Assembly: GCA_000503875.1 (NCBI GenBank)
Contig: CP006913.1
Location: 120,001 to 152,000 of the forward strand
Direction of reading: 5' to 3'
Origin: Candidatus Saccharimonadota bacterium
GTDB taxonomy: Bacteria > Patescibacteriota > Gracilibacteria > Absconditabacterales > Absconditicoccaceae
DNA length: 32,000 nucleotides
Shown here: positions 14,159 through 24,608 of the stretch, piece by piece
Position numbering within the stretch: position 1 is the first letter of the stretch
How the letters are laid out: every line of letters begins with the position of its first letter
The notes under the pieces: model-generated
Database searches by the model: none
What the model saw: the letters and a program-made list of their open reading frames with translations, nothing else
What the model was told of the DNA's origin: nothing
Program-made: the position numbers and the translations under genes

Positions 14159-14173
14159 TCAGAAAAATATTCC

Positions 14174-14485
14174 ATGAAAAAAATAAACGAATCATTTATT
14201 TGTACTCATTGTGGCAAAGAAATTGCTCAAGCAGCCAAGACATGTAGAAATCACTGTCCCAGCTGTTTTTGTAGTATACACGTAGATGCTAATATTCCAG
14301 GGGACAGAGCAGCGGGTTGCGATTCAAAAATGTTTCCTGTTGATTATAAACTCCTTAATTCTGATTATAAAATTCTTTTTCAATGTGTGAAATGTGGCAA
14401 ACAACATTGGAATAAAAGAGCTATTGATGACGAAATTACAGCTTTGCCAGAACTAATTAAAGCGTATAAAAGATTATTTAACTAA
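14174..14485 (+). CDS. RNHCP domain-containing zinc-ribbon protein (103 aa)
   Basis: Literal CRNHCPSC motif plus CTHCGK and CVKCGK cysteine pairs. Uninterrupted ORF with a TAA stop. Confidence 0.85.
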   Translation: MKKINESFICTHCGKEIAQAAKTCRNHCPSCFCSIHVDANIPGDRAAGCDSKMFPVDYKLLNSDYKILFQCVKCGKQHWNKRAIDDEITALPELIKAYKRLFN

Positions 14486-14516
14486 AAAAACTGATGAGAA
14501 GATCATCAGTTTTTTT
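14484..14516. terminator. Bidirectional intrinsic terminator
   Basis: A-tract, then stem ctgatga (14491-14497) / tcatcag (14503-14509), then a T-tract. Confidence 0.8.
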
Positions 14517-14527
14517 AGTGATTATTT

Positions 14528-15241
14528 TTAATAAAGTCCTACAACATTTTGCTCTTCTATCTTGGTGATTTTTCCATTGTTTAAAGTTATCCAATAGGGG
14601 ATTTTGTTAAATCGAGTATAGTCTTTTACGTCATCTTCAGTAAAAAATTCTAGAAAACAAGGTAATAAAATCTTCTTTAATTTTCTGATTTCTCCATCAA
14701 CTAAATAGTTTACAAAATAGCTATATATTTCTACAGTATCAGTAAGCATAAAAGTTATTGTTTTTTTGCTTTCATTTTTGAAACAGATTTCAAGTCACTC
14801 ACATTCTTCTTTGGGAAGAATTATAATTTCATCAAAAGAAATCTTAGCAATAGAATTATCTTTGAAAACATTAGTAATATATCCAATTTTTTTGAGAATA
14901 GTTGTGGGAGTAGGATTTATTTCTGTTGTAATTTCTTCTGTCTTATTTGTTGGTGAAATAGTGTCTTTTGGCTTAGAAATAGTTTCTTCTTGTATATTTT
15001 GATTTTCCGCTATTTCTTCATTGCTTCAACTCAAAGCAAGTTCTTCCTCTCATAAAAGTGAAATGGGCTCAAGTAAATTAAATTGGTCTTTTATCTCAGT
15101 AATCTCTTTTTTTAATTCCAAAATTTTTTCATTATTTTCATGTTGTTTATCAAGAATATTTCTTACAGGAAAACGCCACAAAATAATGAATCATGCAGTC
15201 AGGAAAAGAAGAGAAATAATTAAGATAATCCATCTTTTCAT
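14528..15241 (-). CDS. Membrane-anchored hypothetical protein (237 aa)
   Basis: ATG at 15241, TAA at 14528-14530. Four TGA join the 73-aa track ORF to an upstream segment. N-terminal TM helix WIILIISLLFLTAGFIILW, then a charged coiled region. Confidence 0.7.
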
Positions 15242-15262
15242 AAGCAAAGTTTACATATAAAA

Positions 15263-15898
15263 CTATGGTTGCAAAACTTCTTCAGGTACTATAGTTACTT
15301 TCTTTATTTGTGAGAACTGCATAGCTGTTTTTTCGATAGAAATTCTTACTTGCTCAACAGCCGCAGATCATCCAAATGCAGTTCCTGGAACTCTTTCAAT
15401 AGTGATGATTAAGTTACCATCATTATCCAAGGTAGTATTCACAAGAGCAAACGGGCTTTTTTCAAAAAGAAGATTCAATGTATCTTTTAAAATATCATCA
15501 CTAGCTGGCATTACATATTTTTTGTATTCACTTCCGTCCAATGGAAAAATCCAGATATTTGTTTTCTTTGTTGTTCTCAAAGAAACGCTTACGGCATCAG
15601 GAGCATTACTATTTTGAATATCTAGTTTTTCATTGATGTCTTTGAGTTGTTGTTTGATATCATCAAGTTTTGTATTTACTTCGTCTGTGGGTACAGCTAT
15701 TGCTCAACTAACAGTTTTGATTTCATCAGCTATTGGCAATACCTCAGTTGCAGTAGTACACGCACCAGAACTAACTTCTTGTTCAATAATATATCCCACA
15801 AAACGTTGTCCTAAGTCTTGATTAATCCATTTGAGATAACCAAAAAATCCACAGAATACAAGCAACCAAAAGATAGTAGTCCAAAAGAAAGTTTTCAT
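15263..15898 (-). CDS. Membrane-anchored GerMN/Gmad-like domain protein (211 aa)
   Basis: ATG at 15898, TAG at 15263-15265. Two TGA join two track ORFs and extend the reading frame to that TAG. N-terminal TM helix. The C-terminal region GTAFG-G-SAAVEQVRISIEKTAMQFSQIKKVTIVPEEVLQP resembles the ends of GerMN-type domains. Confidence 0.62.
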
Positions 15899-15941
15899 CA
15901 GATTTTTTAAATGATATAAATAATTAACAATTTTATATTCT

Positions 15942-16925
15942 TTATTTTTTTAAAATCAAATCAAAATGAACAGGAATCGCTGCCTCAAAAGCTACAGGAT
16001 TCTCACTAAAAAGATCCCAGAAACTGTATTTCCAACAATGCAAAAAGATATGTTTAAGTTTTACTTGTTCTAGAAGAAGTCTATTGATTCTTGGATGTCC
16101 ATACAACATATCTCCAAGTACAGGGAACCCCGCATCGGCCAAATGCACTCTAATCTGATGCATTCTTCCTGTTTCGATATGTACTTTTACCAAAGAAATT
16201 GGTCATAGAATCGGATGTTGAAATATTTTTCGAACCTCACAATGGGTAGTTGATTCTTTTCCTTCTTCGTCTTCGATGTCACTTACTACAGTTTTGCCTC
16301 TTTGAAATTTAGTGCTAAATATTTTTTTGAGAGGTTTGTGCAGAGAAAGTTGTCTGGGAAAACGGCCTACAACTACGGCAAGATACTCTTTCTGGATTTC
16401 TCTTTTTCTGATAATCTCGTTGATATATTGCAGAGAATTATACGTTTTCCCAGCAATCAACACGCCAGAAGTTTCTTTGTCCAATCTATATCAAAACGAA
16501 GGATTGAAGGTCCCTCCTGTTGCGGGAATATACGCGCGAAGCAAGTCATGCATACTGCGTTGTTTGTGTTCATTGTCTGATGGATGAATGCTAATTCCTG
16601 TTGGTTTGTTGAAAACAAGCCAGTTATCATCTTCAAAAAGAATCAATGATTTTACATAATTCACATCGATAGGTAATGATTTTTTGACAGCTGGTTTTTT
16701 ATCTGCATCTTTTCCTTCAAAAAAAGCATCGTCAATTTTGATAACATCTCTATTGCGAACTCTATAATCTTCTTTTGATTTTTTGCCATTTACCGTGATT
16801 TCTCTATTTCTAATTCCACGATAAATATCAGCAAGAGCAATTCCTGGCTGCATTTTAAAATATTTTCTCAAAAATCTATCAAATCTTTGATCGTGATTGG
16901 AACTATCTATAACAATTTCTTTCAT
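15942..16925 (-). CDS. RluA-family pseudouridine synthase with N-terminal S4 domain (RluC/RluD-like, 327 aa)
   Basis: Three track ORFs in one frame are joined by TGA. Catalytic motif is YRLDKETSGVLIAGK. The C-terminal HQIRVH motif is present. Confidence 0.88.
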
Positions 16926-17038
16926 ATTTTATTTCAAAAAATAAATTCAGATTTGGATTTTGGTAAGATTGTTTTTATTGTTTTCCTTGTTTTTTACAAT
17001 GGAGAATTGTTTTTCATTTTGGGACTTGATTTTATTAT

Positions 17039-17066
17039 TGTATAATTTATAGTATTTTCGATATAA
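17039..17066 (+). promoter_or_regulatory. Candidate extended -10 promoter of the lipoprotein gene
   Basis: ttggga (17039-17044), 16-nt spacer ending in tg, tataat (17061-17066). Confidence 0.45.
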
Positions 17067-17100
17067 GCTATTTTGGTATTTTATTTACTAATTATAATCT

Positions 17101-17574
17101 ATGAAAAAAATTTCTTTGCTAGTAATTCTTACTTTTTCTTTTTTACTTGTAGGATGTGGGCGTGAAAAAATTGATAATCAAGAAATCGCAAATCAAGAGG
17201 AAGCTAGCGTAAAAACAGAAAATGATTTTAGTATGTCAGATTGTATGAAATGATGTGAACTGATGCAAAATAAAGACGCAGATAAAGATCAAATATTTAA
17301 AAATTGTTCAGCTTTATGTGAAGCAGGTAAGGCGATAGATAATAATGATGCAAGTGGATGTGAAAAATCAGAAGGAATGATGAAAGATGCTTGTTATTCT
17401 AGTGTTGCTTATGAAAAAGCAAAACCAGATCTCTGTAAAAAAATTAATGATGTAGCACTTCAATTTGGCTGTTATGCTAGTATTGCAGAAAAAACAAAAA
17501 ATCCAGATGTTTGTGATGATATCAAAGATAGTATGTGGAATGAATCTTGTATGCAAGCAGCAAAAGCTGAATAA
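17101..17574 (+). CDS. Cysteine-rich lipoprotein (157 aa), hypothetical
   Basis: Signal peptide with lipobox LLVGC. One TGA is read through (MK-G-CELM). The mature part has 12 further Cys, arranged as six consecutive Cys pairs. Confidence 0.75.
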
Positions 17575-17575
17575 T

Positions 17576-17905
17576 TTATACTATTACAAGTTCTTTGAGA
17601 AGCATTTTATTGTGATTATCCCGTAATTTTCTTAGTTTTTGATCTACGCAAATTTTCTTTTGTAAGAATCATTGTTTTTGATTTTCTTGATAATTATTTT
17701 TGTCTGTATTAAAAAGCAGAAGAGCATATTGTAAATTTTTTTGTACTTCCTCTATTTTTTTTATACGATAATTTCTTCTAGAAATATCTTTTATTTCTTT
17801 TTCTGTTTCTACAGCAAGAATATCAGCTAATCCTAGATAAAAACTAGATTCTGGAAGATGATTTGTTTCTTTTGCAAGAAGAGTTATAGGGTCTATTTGA
17901 TACAT
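17576..17905 (-). CDS. Hypothetical protein (109 aa)
   Basis: ATG at 17905. One TGA extends the 78-aa track ORF to TAA at 17576-17578. Confidence 0.55.
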
Positions 17906-18073
17906 AAAATCGCAAAAACAAAGAATAAATAAAATGTACTATAAATATAAAAGAATAAAAGTCAATCAATAAACGGTGTGGAGAGTAATCTAAAATATTT
18001 ATATAAAGAGACCTTTCTTTTCCTTGAAATTTAGTATTAAATCATTACAACATCTTTCGCTCAATAAAAATAT

Positions 18074-18151
18074 GGCGGCTGTAGCTCAGCTGGTTAGAGC
18101 GCTTGCCTGTGACGCAGGATGTCGCGAGTTCGAATCTCGTCAGCCGCCCCA
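18074..18151 (+). tRNA. tRNA-His (anticodon GTG) with encoded G-1 and encoded 3' CCA
   Basis: The cloverleaf folds by hand. Acceptor gcggctg / cagccgc. D arm gctc-agctggtta-gagc. Anticodon arm cttgc-CTGTGAC-gcagg. T arm gcgag-ttcgaat-ctcgt. An extra 5' G (18074) lies opposite discriminator C, followed by cca. Confidence 0.93.
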
Positions 18152-18156
18152 TTAAG

Positions 18157-18179
18157 ATTCGCATTATGCGAATTTTTTT
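18157..18179 (+). terminator. Intrinsic terminator after tRNA-His
   Basis: Stem attcgca / tgcgaat with a 3-nt loop, then tttttt. Confidence 0.75.
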
Positions 18180-18197
18180 ATTTTTTCTTTTTATCCT

Positions 18198-18461
18198 ATG
18201 TTGGATACCTATAGAGATCAAATAGATATTATTGATAATCAAATTCTTGGTTTATTAGCAGAAAGAGCTCAAATAGTCCAAAAAATCTGAATATATAAAC
18301 AAGAAAATAATCTTCCCATTCATCAGCCAGAAAGACGAGGAATACTTCTTCAAAATCGCAAAAAAAATGCAGAGCTTTTGTGACTTTCGTCAGACTTTAT
18401 CAAAGATCTTCGAAATCGCATTCATCAAGAATCTTTATCAATTCAACAAAAAAATGGATAA
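18198..18461 (+). CDS. AroQ-type chorismate mutase-like protein (87 aa)
   Basis: Reads MLDTYRDQIDIIDNQILGLLAERAQIVQKI-G-IYKQENNLPIHQPERR. This matches the R..ID.iD..il.Ll.eR....ig..K pattern of the AroQ helical fold. Two TGA are read through. TAA at 18459-18461. Confidence 0.7.
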
Positions 18462-19095
18462 ATATGACAAGGCATTAGAATATGAAATATTTATCAAAAA
18501 GGAATACGGTTTTGCCGATGAAACAATCAAAAAAGCAAAAATAATTTTTGATGTTGGAGGACATATATGATTGTTTAGTCAGTATTGTTTATTACTCAAT
18601 CCATGATGTGAAATTCATTACTTTGAACCAATTCCCAAGCTTTATCAACAAGCTCAAGAAAGATTAAAAAATCAGAATGTTATTTTGAATAATGTTGGAA
18701 TAGCATCGAAAACTCGTGCAGAAACGATCTATTTCAATTCGGAAAAAACCATGCAAACAAGTGTATATAATCAGACATTTCTCAATCCTAAATGAACAGG
18801 AATACTCGTAGATATGCAAAATATCGAGGAATATAGCGTGCAGCAAAACATTGAACGCATCGACCTTTTGAAGCTAGACGTCGAATGAATGGAGTACGAG
18901 ATTTTGGAAGCATTGTCCGATGAATTTTTACAAAAAATTCAAGCACTGCTGCTCGAATTTCATCTATTCACTCCTGAAATGGAGAAGAAATTGGATATAA
19001 TAAAAAAGAAATTATCAAAATTTTTTACTATTCAGTATATTCCTAATTCTCATAATCCTCTTGTGTGATATTTGTTGTTTTTGAATTCTCTTTAG
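18454..19095 (+). CDS. FkbM-family SAM-dependent methyltransferase (213 aa)
   Basis: IIFDVGGHI-G-LFSQY motif and DLLKLDVE-G-MEYEIL motif. The start overlaps the chorismate mutase stop by 8 nt. TAG at 19093-19095. Confidence 0.78.
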
Positions 19096-19705
19096 GTTGG
19101 GGATTCTTATTTGGCATAGTAACTTTTACTTCAACTTTTCTAATTCAATTGAGTCAGGTAATATGTTTTTGAAAAATATCTTTAGTATCAAGTTCTGGAT
19201 ATCAATTTTTTAATAGTTTAACTATTGTAAAAACTCAGTTTCAACCACCACCAACTTCAGAGATTTTTCAATTGAGTACTTGATCATTAAATGCATTCTT
19301 TATCGTTTTTAAATCATTTGTAGAGGTTTTATCTGTTTTTTCTTGAAGATGTTCAATATTTTCTTTTTTTGTATAATTTGTTGTTTCAAAAAAAAGAGAG
19401 TCTTTTTTTTCATAAAATCTAAAAGTAGCTTCATGTTCTTGAGCGATTTCTCAATGTTTATGCATGTTATCCAATAATTCAATCACAATAGACATAATAA
19501 TTTTTTTCCTTCTCATTTGTATAATATTTTCTCATCAAAGTCTTTCAAAGATCTCTTTATATGCAAGAGTCGTCTTATTATAAACATCTTTTTTGTCAGT
19601 AAAAAGAAGCTCATAAATCATATCATTTGCATCTAAGGCAATATCTTTTGATCTTGATAAGGATCCTTTAGGAAAAGGATTAGATGAGTTAAAATCTTTA
19701 TTCAT
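19043..19705 (-). CDS. Hypothetical protein (220 aa)
   Basis: ATG at 19705, TAG at 19043-19045, about 12 TGA read through, including a GGGGNG run. I recognise no family. Confidence 0.55.
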
Positions 19706-19864
19706 AGAAAAATATATATCTAAAGATTATTACCCCAAAAGATATAAAAAAAAATATAAAAAGCAAGTTAAAATAACAAAAAAACACACATTAATTACTG
19801 TTGAAAATAAATAACCAAACATTAATATGAAATCCGCCTGCTTATTAGTAGAGAAGGATTTTAA

Positions 19865-21139
<1,275 letters not shown>

Positions 21140-21161
21140 TTAGAAAAAACAAAAAACAAGA

Positions 21162-21187
21162 AACCTAGTGTATGCTAGGTTTTTTTT
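21162..21187 (+). terminator. Intrinsic terminator of eno
   Basis: Stem aacctag / ctaggtt, loop tgtatg, then a T-tract. Confidence 0.8.
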
Positions 21188-21263
21188 GTTTGGTAAAATT
21201 TGACAAATTTTCTCATTCCAGGTATAATAAGAGTGGCTTTACAAATAATAACCACAAAATATA

Positions 21264-22952
21264 ATGGAAAATAGAGAAAATAATAGACAAAATGTTCCAC
21301 AAAAAGAAATAGAGATAGTAGGTGCTCATGCAAAAGAAATTATTGAGAGAAAAATTGTAGATAACCGTGAAGTTAATAAATGGATGGATGCCCTATGTAT
21401 GGACGAAGAGATTTGTAAAAAAATATTATGAGAATATGTCTATTTAGAATGTAAGGACTCTCTTAATGTATCGAAAGAAATATTAGATTGTACTAATGAT
21501 CAAGCTGTTTTGGTATTGCCAGAATTTCAGGAATTTCTAAAAAAATATACAATAGATAAACAAAAGCAAAAAGAACTGTTACTGCGTGAAGAGGAAATAA
21601 ATAAGAAAAAAGGACAATTAAAAAATATGGATCTTCCAGAATCTATAAAGGAAGAAAAAAGCTATTTAGATAGTGTAAAAACGACGATTCGCGAAATACT
21701 AAGTGAAAAGGATGAAAAAATGCTCGGTATGAGTAAAACTTTTTTAGATGTCGCAAAAAAATATATTTCTAACGAAGAAGAAAGAAAACAAAAGTTAAAC
21801 AAAATATATGACTTCATTCTTACTTATGGAGAATCATCTTTTACAAAAAAGAAATATAAAGCTAATGAATCTAGTACAGATTTTTACAAAAGAATTGGTG
21901 TGGATTATATGATGAATGAGGTAAGAAATATTATTCAAGAAACTGAAAAAAAAGTACAAAGCAAAATAAAAAAACGAAAAGAAAAACAATGAGAAAAAAT
22001 AGATATAATTGAAAAAAGAGACGCTGAGATAATTGATTATACGCAAGAAGCTTTACAAGTATTTCGTGATAATATATATAACAATTTATCAATAAAATCA
22101 AAATTTTATTTACCAGAAGATCAACAAGAAATATGAAGAATCCAAACATATTTCAAAAACAATATGTTAGAATCAATAGATTCTTTGAATACAGAAATGA
22201 TAGTGAAAGATATATGAATTCAAGAAAATGTTATTGAAAAATTAGATGATAAGGTAAAAATGCACGTTAACGATTATGCAGAAATAACAAATAGAAAACA
22301 TAAATTTGAGAAAAGATTTTTAGATAAAGACTGGAATCCAAGAGAATATCTATTTGATCGTTTAATAGAATATATAGGAAAGAATATTTTAAAATATGAG
22401 ATTCAAGAAGTTATAAATACATCAGAAAAATATAGAGGAACAACATTTGATATATACAAAACAGATTGTTTAGATGATAGCTTTGCCTACGCAGATTATG
22501 TTGTTTTGTATAAATTTAAAAATGAAAAAAGCGAAAGAATAGCTCTTATTGATTTGTTTGTATCAGACAAAGAATTATCTACAGAAATCGATGATAAAAA
22601 AGAATTGTCTACAGAAACTAATGATGAAAAAACAAAAATAGAAGCGTGATCTTACGCTGCAAAATTGGAAAAAGCAAAAGAACCTAAAATTCCTTATTCA
22701 TTTTATTCTCGATTATTTTCTAAGATTCCACAAAAAAGTTATAAAATGAAGTCATTAACAAGATATGTAGAAAAACAATCACCATGAGTTGTATACGAAT
22801 TATTGAAAGAAATTCCAAAAAAATGAAACATTAATATTGAAAAAACATTAAAAGAACAGATGACAAAAAGAAATTTATGTCTAATAATGAAAAATAAAAA
22901 TAAAATTTCATCCAAAAATATTCTTCAAGAAATAGATAAAAATGCCGCATAA
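21264..22952 (+). CDS. Large Lys/Glu-rich hypothetical protein (562 aa)
   Basis: ATG at 21264, TAA at 22950-22952. I checked the frame codon by codon from 21993 to 22262. Elsewhere it rests on frame agreement between the start, both track ORFs and the stop, plus by-eye reads of individual stretches. Seven TGA read through by my count. No signal peptide and no recognised domain. Confidence 0.68.
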
Positions 22953-22956
22953 TCTA

Positions 22957-22984
22957 TTGACATAATATAACTAATAATTATAAT
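22957..22984 (+). promoter_or_regulatory. Near-consensus sigma70 promoter
   Basis: ttgaca (22957-22962), 16-nt spacer, tataat (22979-22984). Confidence 0.65.
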
Positions 22985-23012
22985 GACAAAAATATAAAAA
23001 AGGAAGGTAAAT

Positions 23013-23126
23013 ATGAGCAGTGAGCGTAAAAAAATGCCGATACCATTAAAAAAATCACAGGAAGATATTCTTCCCAAATCTATTTGTGTCGGCAAAAAGA
23101 AGAAAGAAAAGAATAAAAAAAAGTAA
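23013..23126 (+). CDS. Candidate small basic protein (37 aa, Lys-rich)
   Basis: Sequence MSSERKKMPIPLKKSQEDILPKSICVGKKKKEKNKKK. It is preceded by aggaagg (23001-23007) and framed by a consensus promoter and a strong terminator. It could instead be a non-coding transcript. Confidence 0.45.
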   Translation: MSSERKKMPIPLKKSQEDILPKSICVGKKKKEKNKKK

Positions 23127-23130
23127 TTTG

Positions 23131-23157
23131 AAGCTCCCTATTTTAGGGAGCTTTTTT
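23131..23157 (+). terminator. Strong intrinsic terminator
   Basis: A 9-bp perfect stem aagctccct / agggagctt, loop atttt, then a T-tract. Confidence 0.85.
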
Positions 23158-23346
23158 CAAAAATATTCTTATTGTCTTTAACAAGTAATTATGCATACAT
23201 AATATGTTTACACTAAACCAACTTAGAATTCTGTAATTACTTAAATTAGTTTTAGTATACTCTCTTACATCCCAAAGTCCTCTTTAGAGGGCAAAGCAAC
23301 AGGGAACAGATTCTTTGGTGTGTTCGAGTATAATTTTTGCTTATCT

Positions 23347-23916
23347 ATGGAAATTATCTACAAACCTATCAGACACGCTTATGCAAAAATCACCAAAGAA
23401 GGAAATCTACAACTCTGTATTCCTTCTCGTTTACGCGATAATCAAAAATTCAAAGAGCAACTTTTGGAGAAAGGTGAGAAGCTACTTCTTCGTTACAATA
23501 AAAAAAACCATATTCAATCGGTTACTGATGAATATGTGTTACTGTTTGGCGAGCAGGTCCCTTTGCAAGAGGTAACTTCTTCACCAAAGAAGCTCGCCAC
23601 AGAACTTAAACATATTTTGTATGACTATGCAAAACCGTTGTTTGACGAATATAGCGAAAAATTAAAGACTCCATACAATGAGCTTAAGATTAGAAAGGTA
23701 ACAGCAAAATGGGGAAGTTGTACGAGCGACCAAAGGATGATGTTGAATACAAATCTCGTTCATTTGCCAACCAGATTGATTCAATATGTTATTATCCACG
23801 AAGCTTGTCATCTCAAAATCAAAAACCATAGCCCGCGTTTTCGAAATCTAGTTGAAATTTATTGTCCAAACTATAAACTCCTTAGAAAAGAACTCAGAAG
23901 TTTTATTCTCAAATAA
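23347..23916 (+). CDS. YgjP-like (DUF45 / M48-type) metal-dependent hydrolase (189 aa)
   Basis: WGSCTSDQRMMLN and HEACHL (HExxH) motifs. I prefer ATG at 23347 over the GTG at 23320 used by the ORF track. Confidence 0.8.
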   Translation: MEIIYKPIRHAYAKITKEGNLQLCIPSRLRDNQKFKEQLLEKGEKLLLRYNKKNHIQSVTDEYVLLFGEQVPLQEVTSSPKKLATELKHILYDYAKPLFDEYSEKLKTPYNELKIRKVTAKWGSCTSDQRMMLNTNLVHLPTRLIQYVIIHEACHLKIKNHSPRFRNLVEIYCPNYKLLRKELRSFILK

Positions 23917-23923
23917 TGTGCCC

Positions 23924-24523
23924 ATGTATAACCCGTATGATTTTTATTTTAAAAAAGCAAAACAAGTCTGATATAAAGCACGTAGTGCATTTAAATTGGA
24001 TGAAATTCAAGACAAATTCCATCTGTTTGATAAAACCACGAAACACATCATTGATATTGGCTGTGCGCCATGAAGCCGACTACAGTATGCCATTTCTCAG
24101 TCACAAAAACATCAAGTAAAAGATTATAAAATAGTCTGATTTGATATCAAAGTAGTTACGCTCAATCTTCCCGGGTTAGTTACTTATCAACAAGACGTTA
24201 CGGATCAAGTAAAAGTGAGAGAGCTTCTGGGGGAGCAGGGAATCACCCAGGTAGACCTTATCCAATCAGACATGGCCCCCAATACTACAGGTATCAAAGA
24301 CTTAGACGCAATGAGATCTATGGGATTGATCCAAGATACGCTATGGATGTATAAAGAAATACTTAAACCTGAAGGAAAGTTTGTGATCAAAGTATTTATG
24401 TGACCATGATTCCAGGAATTTGTGGCTGATCTGAAAGCTCATTTTGGATGAAACCATATCAAAATATTTAAGCCCAAAGCCTGCAGATCAGAATCAAAGG
24501 AAACGTATATTGTTAAAATATAG
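23924..24523 (+). CDS. rlmE: 23S rRNA 2'-O-ribose methyltransferase RlmE/FtsJ (199 aa)
   Basis: Reads YKARSAFKLDEI, DIGCAP-G-S (TGA at 24071-24073 at the SAM-loop Gly), SDMAPNTTG and KVF. Six TGA read through. The track ORF at 23916 is in the wrong frame. TAG at 24521-24523. Confidence 0.9.
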
Positions 24524-24551
24524 GAGTGGATTATTTATAAAACAAACGAAA

Positions 24552-24577
24552 AACCCCGCTTTACAGCAGGGTTTTTT
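24552..24577. terminator. Intrinsic terminator between convergent genes
   Basis: Stem aaccccgc / gcagggtt (one mismatch), loop tttaca, with a T-tract on plus and an A-tract upstream. Confidence 0.7.
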
Positions 24578-24608
24578 CTATATGAGTTTTTGTTTGTCTA
24601 AGGAAGAT

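Noticed and set aside
14766-15260. Two plus-strand track ORFs (14766-15002, 15021-15260) with low-complexity S/I/F-rich products
   Set aside because: They are antisense to a continuous table-25 gene on the minus strand (14528-15241). That gene has a sensible TM helix and links in-frame to the 73-aa track ORF.
16302-16587. Two overlapping plus-strand ORFs (91-92 aa)
   Set aside because: They are antisense to the RluA-family pseudouridine synthase gene.
21834-22149. Two minus-strand F/L-rich ORFs (70-72 aa)
   Set aside because: They are antisense to the Lys/Glu-rich gene. Poly-AAA/GAA codons read as TTT/TTC on the other strand.
23160-23346. Possible small RNA in the 190-nt gap before the YgjP-like gene (ccaaag...ctttgg pairing around a cctct-tt-agagg hairpin)
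   Set aside because: The helices are short, the inner hairpin has a 2-nt loop, and no convincing promoter or terminator frames it. Most likely it is just the 5' UTR or promoter region.
23916-24119. Track ORF MCPCITRMIF..., and ORF 24444-24752
   Set aside because: They are in the wrong frame relative to rlmE. The frame starting at 23924 gives the full FtsJ/RlmE motif set when TGA is read as Gly. ORF 24444-24752 runs across the rlmE stop, a terminator and the antisense of the DsbA-like gene.
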